Shown: positions 37,837 through 50,712, counted from the first letter of the stretch. The stretch is DNA of 57,414 nucleotides from an uncultured Clostridia bacterium (GCA_947624865.1 CANQMH010000001.1:1-57414); one strand, 5' to 3'. A program made the numbers and translations. Notes: a model not told the origin generated them from the sequence alone.

Positions 37837-39837
37837 ATGTTAAAAAGAATAATGGCTGGACTTTTGTCTGCGCTTATTATTACAGGTGCGGCAGGTGCCT
37901 TTTCAGGCTGTTCGCAGAACACGCAGACGGCTTCTGTTGACTTCAAAACAGCCGAAAAGGTTGAGGACGGCGCAATTTTGCAGGCATTTTGCTGGGATTT
38001 CAATACCATTAAAGAATCAATGGCAGATATTGCGGCGGCCGGATTTACAGCTGTTCAGACCTCTCCGATTAACGAATGTCTTGAGGGTGAAGGCGGCGGA
38101 ATGGAGCTTTACGGCAACGGAAAGTGGTATTATCACTATCAGCCTACCGATTTTAAAATAGGTAATTATCAGCTTGGAACGCGTGACGAGTTCAAGGCTA
38201 TGTGTGAGGAAGCCGATAAATACGGTATCAAAGTAATTGTTGACATAATTGCAAACCATACCACTCCCGAAACTGATGCTGTAAGTGAGGACTTGATTAA
38301 GGCAGGCGGCGGAAGTCTTGAAACACTCTATCACAAAAACAATGATAAAGACATTACCGATTACAGTGAAAGACTCGCCTGTACAACATACAAAATGGGC
38401 GGACTTCCTGACATCAATACCGAAAGAACATCTTTTCAGGATTATTTTCTTAAATATGTAAACGACTGCATAGCCTGTGGAGCGGACGGTTTCCGATACG
38501 ATACCGCAAAGCACATAGGACTGCCAGACGATCCGAAAGAGGACGACGGATTTACAAATAATTTCTGGGAACGCGTTACTAGCGAAATTGACAACGCCGA
38601 TCAAATGTTTATATACGGTGAAGTTTTGCAGGGAAATAATGACAGATTAGCAGATTATATCAAGGCAATAGGCAGAACAACATCAAGCACCTACGGAAGC
38701 AAAATCCGCTCTGCTCTCATTAACAATATGATAGATACCAGCGCAGTAACAGATTACTGGCTCGGAGACGCACCGCTTAATATGGTAACGTGGGTTGAAT
38801 CACATGATAATTACATCAATGACGGTACTTGGTATGAGCTTACAGATGAGCAGATACTTCTCGGCTGGGCAATAATAACTGCACGCAAGGACGGAACACC
38901 GCTGTTCTTTGACCGCCCGTACAATGCTACAATGGATAATGAATGGGGCATGAACAGAATCGGAACTCAGGGAAGCGATATGTATAAAGACAAAAAAGTA
39001 TCTGCCGTAAACTTCTTCCGTACAGCTATGAAAGGCGAAGAAGAAAATCTTGTTAATCCAAATCTTGATTCAACGGCACTTGTTATTGAACGCGGTAAAA
39101 AGGGAATAGTAATTGTAAATACAACAGATGAGCTTAAGGTCGATTTTGAAACTAATCTGGCTGACGGAACATATGTTGACCGTGTTGACAATAAAACAGA
39201 ATATATTGTTAAGGACGGCAAAATCACTTGCGAAACTCCTATTGCCGAAAATTCCGTTGTAGTGCTTTATAACGAGGATTACACCAAGTATGCTGATTGT
39301 GCAGAGGTTGGCGTAGCAGAAGATACGCAGTTTGCATTTGAGGGATACTCTGTTGATGTTACGCTTACGCTTAAAAATGCGAAAGAGGCAACTTATTCCT
39401 TAAACGGCGGAAAAGCTGTTTCATTTGAGGACGGCGATAAAATCACAGTAAAAACAGACGGTGATAATGACGTTTCTGTACTTGAGCTCAGAGCTTCAAA
39501 TGAGCAGGGCATAAAGACATATGAAAGAGTTGAATTTACGCACAAGAATACCTATGCAGTTGCCAAAGGGACAAAGGTTTATTTTGAAAAGCCTGACACT
39601 GACGAATGGGCAGATGAAATATATGCATATGTATATGACGATAACGTAAATGAAAATGATGCATGGCCCGGACTTCCAATGACAAAGGAATCAGACGGAA
39701 GATACAGTTATACTTTTGACAAGGACTGGAATACGCCTTACATTATTTTCAATGACGGATACGCTTCTGACAGCGTTCAGTATCCCGAAGGGCAGGGACT
39801 TGAAGTTGTACCTGACAAAACTTATACTGTAGAATAA
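37837..39837 (+). CDS. Lipoprotein alpha-amylase (GH13, AmyE/GH13_28-like) with C-terminal CBM26-like starch-binding domain
   Basis: Lipobox FSGC; WYYHYQP, GFRYDTAKH, YGEVLQ, WVESHDN catalytic motifs; YAYVY...WPG.PM...IIFNDG. Confidence 0.88.
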   Translation: MLKRIMAGLLSALIITGAAGAFSGCSQNTQTASVDFKTAEKVEDGAILQAFCWDFNTIKESMADIAAAGFTAVQTSPINECLEGEGGGMELYGNGKWYYHYQPTDFKIGNYQLGTRDEFKAMCEEADKYGIKVIVDIIANHTTPETDAVSEDLIKAGGGSLETLYHKNNDKDITDYSERLACTTYKMGGLPDINTERTSFQDYFLKYVNDCIACGADGFRYDTAKHIGLPDDPKEDDGFTNNFWERVTSEIDNADQMFIYGEVLQGNNDRLADYIKAIGRTTSSTYGSKIRSALINNMIDTSAVTDYWLGDAPLNMVTWVESHDNYINDGTWYELTDEQILLGWAIITARKDGTPLFFDRPYNATMDNEWGMNRIGTQGSDMYKDKKVSAVNFFRTAMKGEEENLVNPNLDSTALVIERGKKGIVIVNTTDELKVDFETNLADGTYVDRVDNKTEYIVKDGKITCETPIAENSVVVLYNEDYTKYADCAEVGVAEDTQFAFEGYSVDVTLTLKNAKEATYSLNGGKAVSFEDGDKITVKTDGDNDVSVLELRASNEQGIKTYERVEFTHKNTYAVAKGTKVYFEKPDTDEWADEIYAYVYDDNVNENDAWPGLPMTKESDGRYSYTFDKDWNTPYIIFNDGYASDSVQYPEGQGLEVVPDKTYTVE

Positions 39838-39854
39838 TTAATGGAGGCCTCATA

Positions 39855-40676
39855 ATGAGTGATTTAAAAAATGTAAAAATGGAGGGCAGCAAAGTTCCTG
39901 CCGAAAAAATTAAAAATCCTGAACTCGTATCTGCAATTGAAAAAATGCAGCAGGACGGAAGCAAGGAAAATATCGACGCTATGATAAATCAAGTAGTTGA
40001 GGCAAAATTTATTTTGCCGGCAAACGTTACTCCTACTACACGAGCCCGCACGAATAATGGACAGACAATAATGGAGCAGTCAACTCAGGTGCAGTTCAGA
40101 CTTCTTGAAAACCAGAATAAAGAAAAGTTTTTCGGGGTGTTCACAGATACCGACGAGCTTTTCAAATGGAACGGCACTCAATCGGCTAATAAGGTTGTAA
40201 CCGATTTTGACAGCCTTGCTCAGATGGTAATGGATCCTAAAGCGGGCGTGCTTGGATTTGTAATCAATCCTTTCGGCAAAAGCGTGACTTTCCCTAAGCC
40301 TATGGTAATATCCATTAAACAACAGAGGGATTATGTCAGAATGAACAACAATAAAATTGAACCGGGCACACAGGTTCAGCTCGGCGAACCAAAGGAATAT
40401 CCGATTGACCTTATGGCGGCTCTGATAAATCACTTCAGCACCGAAGAAACCGTAAATGCGGCATATCTCAGAATGATGGAACAGAACGGTCAGAAAAGTT
40501 ATCTTATAGTTGTTGACTTCTACGGAAATATGGAAGAGACTTTTGAAGCAATAGATAAGGTCGCAAAGCCGTTTTTAGATGATGAAATCCAGCTTTCAAT
40601 GATGCCGTATTCAATGGAATTCGGCAAAACTGCCGTAAAAGGCGTTGAACCGTTTTATAAGAAACAGGAGCAGTAA
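39855..40676 (+). CDS. SseB-family protein (SseB N + SseB C domains)
   Basis: F..FTD..EL.KW, G.VINPFG, LGEP.EYP, V.AAYL..M, SYL.VVD, PFY. Confidence 0.75.
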   Translation: MSDLKNVKMEGSKVPAEKIKNPELVSAIEKMQQDGSKENIDAMINQVVEAKFILPANVTPTTRARTNNGQTIMEQSTQVQFRLLENQNKEKFFGVFTDTDELFKWNGTQSANKVVTDFDSLAQMVMDPKAGVLGFVINPFGKSVTFPKPMVISIKQQRDYVRMNNNKIEPGTQVQLGEPKEYPIDLMAALINHFSTEETVNAAYLRMMEQNGQKSYLIVVDFYGNMEETFEAIDKVAKPFLDDEIQLSMMPYSMEFGKTAVKGVEPFYKKQEQ

Positions 40677-40682
40677 ATGAAC

Positions 40683-40709
40683 GGGCTGTACGATAAAATC
40701 GTACAGCCC
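40683..40709. terminator. Hairpin between convergent sseB and hisF
   Basis: gggctgtacgat-aaa-atcgtacagccc (12-bp stem). Confidence 0.75.
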
Positions 40710-40733
40710 TTAACTTTATAGGAATATTAGAAA

Positions 40734-41489
40734 TTACAACCTTACAGGAATATTATTTTCATCAAGATATTTTTTTAACTGGGGTATGGGGATTTCTCCG
40801 AAGTGAAACAGTGAAGCCGCCAAAACTGCGTCAGCCTTGCCTGCTGTAAATGCGTCGTAAAAATGCTCAAGCGCACCTGCGCCGCCGCTTGCAATTACAG
40901 GAATATTAACTCTTTCTGATACTGCTCTTGTAAGAGCAATGTCGTATCCTTTTTTCTGTCCGTCCTCGTCCATACTCGTGAGAAGAATTTCACCTGCACC
41001 GAGTTTTTCACACTTAACCGCCCATTCAACAGCGTCAAGACCTACAGGAGTTCTGCCTCCGTTTACATAAACCTCCCAGCTGTTTGCGTTCCTTTTAGCG
41101 TCAATTGCCGCAACAACGCATTGGCTTCCGAATTTATAAGCCGCCTCGCTTATAAGTTCGGGGCGGTGCACAGCCGCAGAGTTAACCGAAACCTTATCTG
41201 CACCTGCTCTCAGCAGTGCGTTAAAATCATCAACGCTTCTTATACCTCCACCTACTGTGAAAGGAATAAAAATAGAATTTGCCACCTTTTCAACCATATC
41301 GATTGTTATATTTCTTGAGTCGCTTGACGCTGTAATGTCAAGGAAAACAAGCTCGTCTGCACCTTGCTTGTCGTACTGCTTTGCACATTCAACGGGGTCG
41401 CCTGCGTCAACAAGATTTACAAAGCTCATTCCTTTTACAACTCTGCCGTTTTTGACATCAAGACACGGAATAATTCTTTTTGCGTACAT
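40734..41489 (-). CDS. hisF: Imidazole glycerol phosphate synthase cyclase subunit
   Basis: [50 protein letters not shown]. Confidence 0.97.
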   Translation of the reverse strand: MYAKRIIPCLDVKNGRVVKGMSFVNLVDAGDPVECAKQYDKQGADELVFLDITASSDSRNITIDMVEKVANSIFIPFTVGGGIRSVDDFNALLRAGADKVSVNSAAVHRPELISEAAYKFGSQCVVAAIDAKRNANSWEVYVNGGRTPVGLDAVEWAVKCEKLGAGEILLTSMDEDGQKKGYDIALTRAVSERVNIPVIASGGAGALEHFYDAFTAGKADAVLAASLFHFGEIPIPQLKKYLDENNIPVRL

Positions 41490-41492
41490 TCT

Positions 41493-42116
41493 TTAAACCT
41501 CCTCAGCCTTGACTATATCAGCAAAGTTTTTAAGTATTTTAAGTCCCGTTTCACCGCTTTTTTCGGGATGAAACTGTGTTGCGAAAATATTTTCCTTTTC
41601 AACAGCGGCGTCAATTGTTACACCGTATTCGGTTTGTGCTGATACAATTGACTTATCTGCCGCATTAAGAAAATATGAATGAACAAAATATACATATGGA
41701 TTTTCGCTTATTCCTTTAAATAGGCGGCTGTTTTCTTTTATTTTAAGACTGTTCCAGCCGATGTGAGGAATTTTCAGCCCCTCACCCGACGGAATTTTTG
41801 AAATTACACCGTCAAAAATACCCAATCCTCTTACATTCGGGCTTTCTTCACTTTTTGGGAAAAGTAGCTGTAATCCCAGACAAATTCCGAGAAAAGGCTT
41901 TCCGCTCTCCGTGTATTTAATAACAGTATCTTTAATACCGTAGGACGTCATTGTATCCATTGTATCTCCGAATGAACCTACGCCCGGCAGAACTGCACCG
42001 TCTGCTTTGAGTATTGTTTCTGTTTCTCTTGTAATAACAGCGTCACAGCCAATATATTTTAGCGCTTTGTAAACGCTTCTTATATTGCCTGCACCGTAGT
42101 CAACTATCGCAATCAT
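41493..42116 (-). CDS. hisH: Imidazole glycerol phosphate synthase glutaminase subunit
   Basis: DYGAGN, LPGVG, GICLGLQ, PHIGWN, YFVHSY, QFHPEKSG. Confidence 0.96.
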   Translation of the reverse strand: MIAIVDYGAGNIRSVYKALKYIGCDAVITRETETILKADGAVLPGVGSFGDTMDTMTSYGIKDTVIKYTESGKPFLGICLGLQLLFPKSEESPNVRGLGIFDGVISKIPSGEGLKIPHIGWNSLKIKENSRLFKGISENPYVYFVHSYFLNAADKSIVSAQTEYGVTIDAAVEKENIFATQFHPEKSGETGLKILKNFADIVKAEEV

Positions 42117-42281
42117 TAAATTCAGCTCCATAAAACGATCATTTTGTTTTAATACCAGTTTTATAATCGGGGTTTATTATTCATATATTGTAATTCTATC
42201 ATATGCACTTAATGTTTGCAACAATAAGCGGCACTCATTTCATAATTTTGTGAAAATTCATTAAAATTACTTTATCGGTTA

Positions 42282-42310
42282 TTGAATTATGCAAGTTGAT
42301 GTGATAAAAT
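42282..42310 (+). promoter_or_regulatory. SigA promoter of the rpiR operon
   Basis: TTGAAT-17 nt-TAAAAT with TG; an IR tttcataa-tt-ttgtgaaa lies upstream at 42238-42255. Confidence 0.5.
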
Positions 42311-42351
42311 GAATTTACATACAGCAGTATAAAATAAGGAGTATCATAAAA

Positions 42352-43245
42352 ATGATTACACATCTTCTTACAAGAATAGACTTGATGATGAATTCCTTTT
42401 CAAAAGGTCAGAAAAGGATTGCTTTATATATAGAGGAACATTATGACAAGGCGGCATTTATGACCGCCTCTAAACTTGGAGAAACAGTAGGAGTTTCCGA
42501 AAGTACGGTTGTTCGTTTTGCAACAGAGCTTGGTTACGACGGTTATCCTAAGCTTCAGAAGGCTATGCAGGAAATGATAAGAAATAAACTTACGTCTGTT
42601 CAGCGAATTGAAGTTACATCAAGCCGTATCGGAAATGAGAATGTTCTTGACAGCGTATTAAGTCAGGATATTGAAAAAATCCGCAGAACAATTGAAGAAA
42701 CATCTCATGAGGATTTTAACAGGGCGGTTGATAAAATTTGCAGTGCCGAGCGCATCTATATTTTCGGTGTTCGCTCAACTGCTCCGATAGCAAATTTTCT
42801 TGCATATTATTTTGAACTGATTTTTGACAATGTAAGAGTTATAAACACAACCAGCACTACGACAACTTATGAACATATATTCAGAATTACCGACAAAGAC
42901 GTAATGATTGGAATATCATTTCCGCGTTACAGTTCAATGGCAGTTGAAGCAATGGATTTTGCACGTTCAAGGGGAGCGCACGCTGTTGCAATAACCGACA
43001 GTATGGCGTCGCCTCTGGTTCAGTCGTCTGACTCAATTTTAATTGCCAGAAGCGATATGGCGTCAATTGTAGATTCTCTTGTTGCGCCTCTCAGCCTTAT
43101 TAATGCGCTGATAGTTGCAACTGTTTTGAAGAAAAAGGACGAAGTGTCAGAGAATTTCCGTCAGCTTGAACGCATATGGAACCGCGACGGAGTTTATGCA
43201 AATCACGATGACAACACAGAGAAAAACAACGAAGATGACAAATAA
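42352..43245 (+). CDS. MurR/RpiR family transcriptional regulator
   Basis: SKGQKRIA.YI, VSESTVVRFA..LGY.GY HTH; SIS domain ISFPRYS, AITDS..SP. Confidence 0.92.
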   Translation: MITHLLTRIDLMMNSFSKGQKRIALYIEEHYDKAAFMTASKLGETVGVSESTVVRFATELGYDGYPKLQKAMQEMIRNKLTSVQRIEVTSSRIGNENVLDSVLSQDIEKIRRTIEETSHEDFNRAVDKICSAERIYIFGVRSTAPIANFLAYYFELIFDNVRVINTTSTTTTYEHIFRITDKDVMIGISFPRYSSMAVEAMDFARSRGAHAVAITDSMASPLVQSSDSILIARSDMASIVDSLVAPLSLINALIVATVLKKKDEVSENFRQLERIWNRDGVYANHDDNTEKNNEDDK

Positions 43246-44473
43246 AAAGGTTGTTGTAATAGGCGCAGGTGCGGCAGGACTCGTCGCCGCAGGCTTTGCC
43301 GCTGAGTGCGGAGCGTCAGTGACGGTTATTGAAAAAAATAAGCGTGTCGGCAGAAAAATAATGATTACCGGCAAGGGAAGATGTAACATCACAAATAATT
43401 GTGATGTTCAGACATACATTCAAAATGTACCTGTAAACGGACGGTTTCTTTATTCTGCGATCAACAGCTTTACTCCTCGGGATACAATTGATTTTTTTCA
43501 ATCTCTCGGTCTAAGTCTTAAAACCGAACGCGGGAACAGGGTTTTTCCGGTTTCCGACAAGGCTGTTGACGTTGTAGATGCTTTGCATGGGTTTATCATT
43601 GAAAAAGGCTGTAACCTTGTGTGCGATGAAGCGCTTTCACTTATAATTGAAAACGGTGCGGTTATCGGAGTAAAATGTAAAAACTTAAAATATTTTGCGG
43701 ACAGCGTGATTGTATGCTGCGGAGGAAAAAGTTATCCGCTGACTGGTTCAACCGGTGACGGATATATTTTTGCAAGGCAGGCAGGACATACCGTAACCGA
43801 ACTCAAACCGTCTCTTGTGCCGCTTGAAAGCGATAATCCCGAATGTAGATCAATGCAGGGACTTTCACTTAAAAATGTTTCGCTGAAAATAATTAAAAAT
43901 AATTCAGGAAAAACCGTTTACAGCGATTTCGGAGAAATGCTTTTTACTCATTTCGGTATGAGCGGACCGATGATTTTATCTGCAAGCTCGCACATTCGTG
44001 ACATTACAAAGGAAAAATATACTGCTGAAATTGATTTGAAACCTGCACTTAGTTTTGAACAACTCGACAAACGTCTTCAAATTGATTTTAAAGAGAATTC
44101 CAATAAAGATGTTTCAAATTCATTTTCAAGGCTTTTGCCGAGAAAAATCATAATTCCTGTTCTTAAGCGCTGGGGAGTGCCATTTGATAAGAAATGCAAT
44201 TCCATTACAAAAGAAGAACGCAGAAAGCTATGTGAAATTTTAAAATCTTTTACCGTTGGAATTACAGGTTTTCGCCCTATAGAAGAGGCTATAATCACAT
44301 CAGGCGGCGTAAAAACAAGTGAAATCAATCCCAAAACAATGGAAAGCAAGTTGGTTTCGGGATTGTTTTTTGCAGGCGAAGTAATAGACTGTGATGCTTA
44401 TACAGGCGGATTCAATCTTCAAATTGCGTGGAGTACGGGAAAGCTTGCGGGTATTTCCAGTTCGTATATATAG
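43235..44473 (+). CDS. HI0933/BaiN-family FAD-dependent oxidoreductase
   Basis: IGAGAAG, GRK..ITGKGRCN.TN, GSTGDG, LFTHFG.SGP, TGGFNLQ.A.STG. Confidence 0.92.
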   Translation: MTNKKVVVIGAGAAGLVAAGFAAECGASVTVIEKNKRVGRKIMITGKGRCNITNNCDVQTYIQNVPVNGRFLYSAINSFTPRDTIDFFQSLGLSLKTERGNRVFPVSDKAVDVVDALHGFIIEKGCNLVCDEALSLIIENGAVIGVKCKNLKYFADSVIVCCGGKSYPLTGSTGDGYIFARQAGHTVTELKPSLVPLESDNPECRSMQGLSLKNVSLKIIKNNSGKTVYSDFGEMLFTHFGMSGPMILSASSHIRDITKEKYTAEIDLKPALSFEQLDKRLQIDFKENSNKDVSNSFSRLLPRKIIIPVLKRWGVPFDKKCNSITKEERRKLCEILKSFTVGITGFRPIEEAIITSGGVKTSEINPKTMESKLVSGLFFAGEVIDCDAYTGGFNLQIAWSTGKLAGISSSYI

Positions 44474-44557
44474 CTTAGCCTATTAAAAACAATGTGTTTA
44501 CAGAAGTGTTAATTGACAATAATTAATTTGTAATCCAAAACTGAAAGGATGAAATAA

Positions 44558-45226
44558 ATGTCTGTTGCAGTAGCGCTCGACGGACCTGCCGGTGCAGGCA
44601 AATCGACAATTGCAAAAAGGGCGGCAAAGGCTCTTGACTTTATATATGTTGACACAGGTGCGCTTTACCGCACCATAGGACTTGCTGCGTCAAGAAATAA
44701 TATTGAGCCGATACCGTCTGCCGAGGTTGATGATCTTCTTTCAAATATAACCGTTGACCTTACATTTAATGAAAACGGCGAGCAAATCGTTCTGCTTGAC
44801 GGAGAGGATGTTTCGGGATTGATCCGTACTCCCAAAGCTTCAATGATGGCATCCAAAATATCAGCAGTACCCTCTGTAAGAGCATATCTTCTTGATTTAC
44901 AGAGAAATATTGCAAAAAGTCATAATATAATTATGGACGGGCGGGACATCGGAACGGTAGTGCTTCCCGATGCAAAAGTTAAAATTTTTCTTACAGCTTC
45001 TCCCGAAGCACGCGCTCAACGCCGTTTTAAAGAGCTTTGCCAAAAGGGAATGGATGTAAAATACGAAGACATTTTAAGTGATGTCATAACTCGTGATTAT
45101 AACGATTCCCACCGCGAAACAGCTCCGCTCAAGCCTGCCGACGGCTGTGTTATGGTTGATACAACCGAACTTGATTTTGAACAGTCGGTTGAAAAAATAC
45201 TATCCGTAATAAAGGAGAATATCTGA
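44558..45226 (+). CDS. cmk: Cytidylate kinase
   Basis: DGPAGAGKST, DTGALYR, MDGRDIGTVV. Confidence 0.96.
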   Translation: MSVAVALDGPAGAGKSTIAKRAAKALDFIYVDTGALYRTIGLAASRNNIEPIPSAEVDDLLSNITVDLTFNENGEQIVLLDGEDVSGLIRTPKASMMASKISAVPSVRAYLLDLQRNIAKSHNIIMDGRDIGTVVLPDAKVKIFLTASPEARAQRRFKELCQKGMDVKYEDILSDVITRDYNDSHRETAPLKPADGCVMVDTTELDFEQSVEKILSVIKENI

Positions 45227-45858
45227 TGGGACAGTCAAAGGTTCTTTATGCGATCGGCAGAGTAGTTTGCACTCCGATTTTTAAATTGTTTTACAGATAT
45301 AAGCCTATTAATAATCACACCATTCCGCAGGAGGGCGGATTTATAGTAGCTTGTAATCATCTTTCTTTTTCTGACCCTGTTTTGCTCGGATTATGCCAGA
45401 AGCGCCGTCTTTATTTTATGGCTAAATCAGAGCTTTTTAAAAATAAATTTTTTGGTGCGTTAATCCGTGCTTTGGGAGCATTTCCTGTTGAAAGAGGAAC
45501 AGGAGATAACAAAGCTATAAAAACAGGGGAGGATTTAATAAAAGACGGAGAAATAATGACAATTTTTCTTGAAGGCGGACGAACAAAAACAGGCGAGCTT
45601 ATGCGACCGCGAAGCGGATGTGCGCTTGTTGCCCAGCAGATGCAGGTGCCTGTTATTCCTGCCTGCATAACAATTGTCGGAAACCCGAAATATACATTTT
45701 CAAAAAGAGTAATCCATTTCGGCGAACCGCTTACTCCCGAACAGCTCGGCCTTACCATTGACGGAGGCAGGCGGGAGTTGAAAGAAGCGTCAAACAGAAT
45801 AATGGCAGAAATAAAGAAGATGAGGGAGCAGGATTTGCGTGAGTATAAGAAAAGCTGA
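45226..45858 (+). CDS. plsC: 1-acyl-sn-glycerol-3-phosphate acyltransferase
   Basis: NHLSFSDP (HxxxxD), FMAKSELF, GAFPV.R, FLEG.R. Confidence 0.9.
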   Translation: MGQSKVLYAIGRVVCTPIFKLFYRYKPINNHTIPQEGGFIVACNHLSFSDPVLLGLCQKRRLYFMAKSELFKNKFFGALIRALGAFPVERGTGDNKAIKTGEDLIKDGEIMTIFLEGGRTKTGELMRPRSGCALVAQQMQVPVIPACITIVGNPKYTFSKRVIHFGEPLTPEQLGLTIDGGRRELKEASNRIMAEIKKMREQDLREYKKS

Positions 45859-47911
45859 GTCAGCAGGATTTTGCTTTGGAGTAAACCGCGCTATTAAAAT
45901 GGTAGAAGAGCTTCTTGACAGTAATTACAAGGTATATACGCTCGGTCCGATAATCCATAATATGGAAGTGGTTCGTGAACTTGAGGAAAGAGGCTGTCGT
46001 TCGGTTGATTGCATTGACAGCCTGAAATCAGGAGAAACCCTTGTAATTCGTTCTCACGGAGTACCGCAGTCGGTTATTGACGAAATTGAAAGCAAAGGTA
46101 TTGAATATAAAGACGCCACTTGTCCGTTTGTGAAAAAGATTCATAAAATAGTTGCGTCGGCAAATCCTGAAAATGAAATAGTTCTTATAGCAGGCAACAG
46201 CGAGCATCCTGAGGTACAGGGCATAATAGGTCATTGCACAGCTCATTGTTATACTTTTAACAATGAACGAGAGCTTGATGAAATATTGCCAATTATTCTA
46301 AATACGAAAAATAAACAGCCAATAATTGTTGCGCAGACCACCTTTGACACAAACGAATGGAAAAAATGTATAAAAAAGATAAAAAAACTATGTACAAATC
46401 AAAAAATATTTGATACAATATGTAATGCTACGTCAGTTAGGCAGAATGAGGCCGATATAATAGCGGCGCGTTCGGATTTTATGGTTGTAATCGGGGACAG
46501 ACACAGTTCCAATACGGGGAAGCTTTTTGATATTTGCAAAAAGCAGTGTCCGAACACAGTTTTAATTGAAACTGCGAACGAGCTTGATTATAAACAGGTT
46601 CAGTCAGCCGAAAACATAGGCGTAACTGCTGGTGCTTCTACACCTGCAAGGATAATAAAGGAGGTACTGGATACAATGAGTGAAATTAAATCCGGTGAAA
46701 CAAATTTTGAAGAATCTTTTGAGGAGTTACTTGAAGAATCCCTCAAAAACTTAAATACAAATGAGAGGGTAATGGGTACAGTGCTCAGCATTGCGCCAAA
46801 CGAAGTACAGGTTGACGTTGGCAGAAAGCAAACTGGATTTATTCCGCTTTCTGAGCTTTCAAGCGACCCGAATGCAAAGCCTGAAGACATTGTCAAGGTA
46901 GGCGACAAAATCGAGCTTCTTATTATGAAGACAAACGACCAGGAAGGCACGATTATGCTCTCAAAGCGCAGAGTTGACGCTCAGAAGGGCTGGGAGACGC
47001 TTCAGGAAAAGGCAGATTCTCAGGAAATACTCTCAAGCAAGGTTACTGAAGCTGTAAAAGGCGGAGTAATCGTAGTATATAACGGAGTAAGAATTTTCAT
47101 ACCTGCATCACAGGCAACAGCTACACGTGATGAAAGCCTTGAAAACCTTGTAGGACAGGAAGTGGACTTCAGACTTATTGAAGTTTCACAGCACGGCAGA
47201 CGCAGAAGAGCAATCGGCTCTATCCGCAGTGTACTTAAAGAGCAGAGAGCAGCTCAGCGTGAAGAATTCTGGAAGAACTGCGAAATCGGCAAGCGTTACA
47301 AAGGCGTTGTAAAATCCCTTACAAGCTACGGTGCTTTTGTTGACCTCGGCGGCGTATTCGGAATGATTCATATTTCAGAGCTTTCATGGACTCACATAAA
47401 GCATCCTAATGAGGTTGTAAATGTAGGCGATACAGTCGATGTTTATATTAAGGATATTAACGAGGAAACAAAGAAAATTTCTCTCGGCTTTAAGAATGCA
47501 GAGGATAATCCTTGGGAAATTCTTAAAAACAAATATCCTGAGGGAACAGTTGTCAATGCTACTATTGTAGGACTTACTACATTCGGCGCTTTTGCAAACA
47601 TCATTCCCGGAATTGACGGTCTTATACACATTTCTCAGATAGCCAACAAGAGAATTGACAAGCCCGCAGATGTTCTTAAAGTAGGCGAAACTGTTGAAGC
47701 AAAGATTACAGCAATCGATTTTGACAAAAAGCGTGTAAGTCTTTCAATGCGTGCTTTGCTTCCTGAAGAAGAGCAGGCTCCTGCACCAAAGGCTGAAAAA
47801 GCGGATGCAGCTGCTGAATCAGTTGAAGAAGAAGCTAAAGAAGCAACTGAAACCGCTGAGGCAGTAACTGAAACTGCTGAAATTGCTGAAGCAGCTGCTG
47901 ACAATGAATAA
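45839..47911 (+). CDS. ispH: Bifunctional IspH (HMBPP reductase) / 30S ribosomal protein S1 fusion
   Basis: AGFCFGV.RA, DATCPFV, TICNAT..RQ, SSNT, TAGASTP followed by four S1 repeats (YGAFVDLGG, GLIHISQI). Confidence 0.95.
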   Translation: MSIRKAESAGFCFGVNRAIKMVEELLDSNYKVYTLGPIIHNMEVVRELEERGCRSVDCIDSLKSGETLVIRSHGVPQSVIDEIESKGIEYKDATCPFVKKIHKIVASANPENEIVLIAGNSEHPEVQGIIGHCTAHCYTFNNERELDEILPIILNTKNKQPIIVAQTTFDTNEWKKCIKKIKKLCTNQKIFDTICNATSVRQNEADIIAARSDFMVVIGDRHSSNTGKLFDICKKQCPNTVLIETANELDYKQVQSAENIGVTAGASTPARIIKEVLDTMSEIKSGETNFEESFEELLEESLKNLNTNERVMGTVLSIAPNEVQVDVGRKQTGFIPLSELSSDPNAKPEDIVKVGDKIELLIMKTNDQEGTIMLSKRRVDAQKGWETLQEKADSQEILSSKVTEAVKGGVIVVYNGVRIFIPASQATATRDESLENLVGQEVDFRLIEVSQHGRRRRAIGSIRSVLKEQRAAQREEFWKNCEIGKRYKGVVKSLTSYGAFVDLGGVFGMIHISELSWTHIKHPNEVVNVGDTVDVYIKDINEETKKISLGFKNAEDNPWEILKNKYPEGTVVNATIVGLTTFGAFANIIPGIDGLIHISQIANKRIDKPADVLKVGETVEAKITAIDFDKKRVSLSMRALLPEEEQAPAPKAEKADAAAESVEEEAKEATETAEAVTETAEIAEAAADNE

Positions 47912-47922
47912 TTTTTAATATT

Positions 47923-47953
47923 AAGGGTACCTTAACAGGTGCCCTTGTTTTTT
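47923..47953 (+). terminator. Intrinsic terminator
   Basis: aagggtacct-taac-aggtgccctt + T tract. Confidence 0.8.
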
Positions 47954-47969
47954 AAGCGGAGGAATTATT

Positions 47970-48545
47970 ATGACACCACAGGAAGAATTTATATCAATAT
48001 ATAATGAGCATATAACACGCAATGGTGCAGACGAACTTCTTGAATGGCTCAAGCGCACCGACTTTTTCACAGCTCCTGCAAGCTCAAAATATCATTGTGC
48101 ATGTGAAAACGGACTGGTAATGCACTCAGTAAGCGTGTTTAACACTATGATGGAAAAGCACTTTGACGAAGAAACCGATAATTTAGAGAGCTTTGCTATC
48201 TGCGGATTGCTTCATGACTTGTGCAAGGCGCAGTTTTACAAGGTGTCATCACGAAATGTAAAAAACGAGTTTACGGGACAATGGGAAAAAGTTCCTTACT
48301 ATGCAATTGATGACCAGTTCCCATATGGTCATGGTGAAAAATCAGTTTTCCTTATAGAACGCAAGATGCACCTTAAAATAGATGAAGCAATGGCTATACG
48401 CTGGCATATGGGTGAATTCGGTGATAAAAACAGCAATACAATCAGTCAGGCGTATGATCGTTATCCTCTTGCTGTAAAGCTTCACCTTGCAGACCTTGAA
48501 TCAACATATCTGCGTGAAAAGGGAACCTCACAGGTCAATAAATAA
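47970..48545 (+). CDS. HD-domain phosphohydrolase
   Basis: DFFTAPAS..YH, GL..HS, LLHDLCK, GHGEKS, AIRWHM, LH.AD. Confidence 0.88.
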   Translation: MTPQEEFISIYNEHITRNGADELLEWLKRTDFFTAPASSKYHCACENGLVMHSVSVFNTMMEKHFDEETDNLESFAICGLLHDLCKAQFYKVSSRNVKNEFTGQWEKVPYYAIDDQFPYGHGEKSVFLIERKMHLKIDEAMAIRWHMGEFGDKNSNTISQAYDRYPLAVKLHLADLESTYLREKGTSQVNK

Positions 48546-48577
48546 GCTGTCTTGTATTTATTTGATGTTTTACATAA

Positions 48578-50647
<2,070 letters not shown>

Positions 50648-50674
50648 TATAATGATTTAATAAAAGTAAAAAGA

Positions 50675-50712
50675 GACCTCAGCGGATTATTTTTCGCTGA
50701 GGTCATATTTTT
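50675..50712 (+). terminator. Intrinsic terminator after ligA
   Basis: gacctcagcg-N10-cgctgaggtc + T-rich tail. Confidence 0.75.

Noticed and set aside
47770-47905. Ala/Glu/Thr low-complexity repeats at the S1 C-terminus
   Set aside because: Ordinary disordered acidic tail with degenerate short repeats; no independent feature
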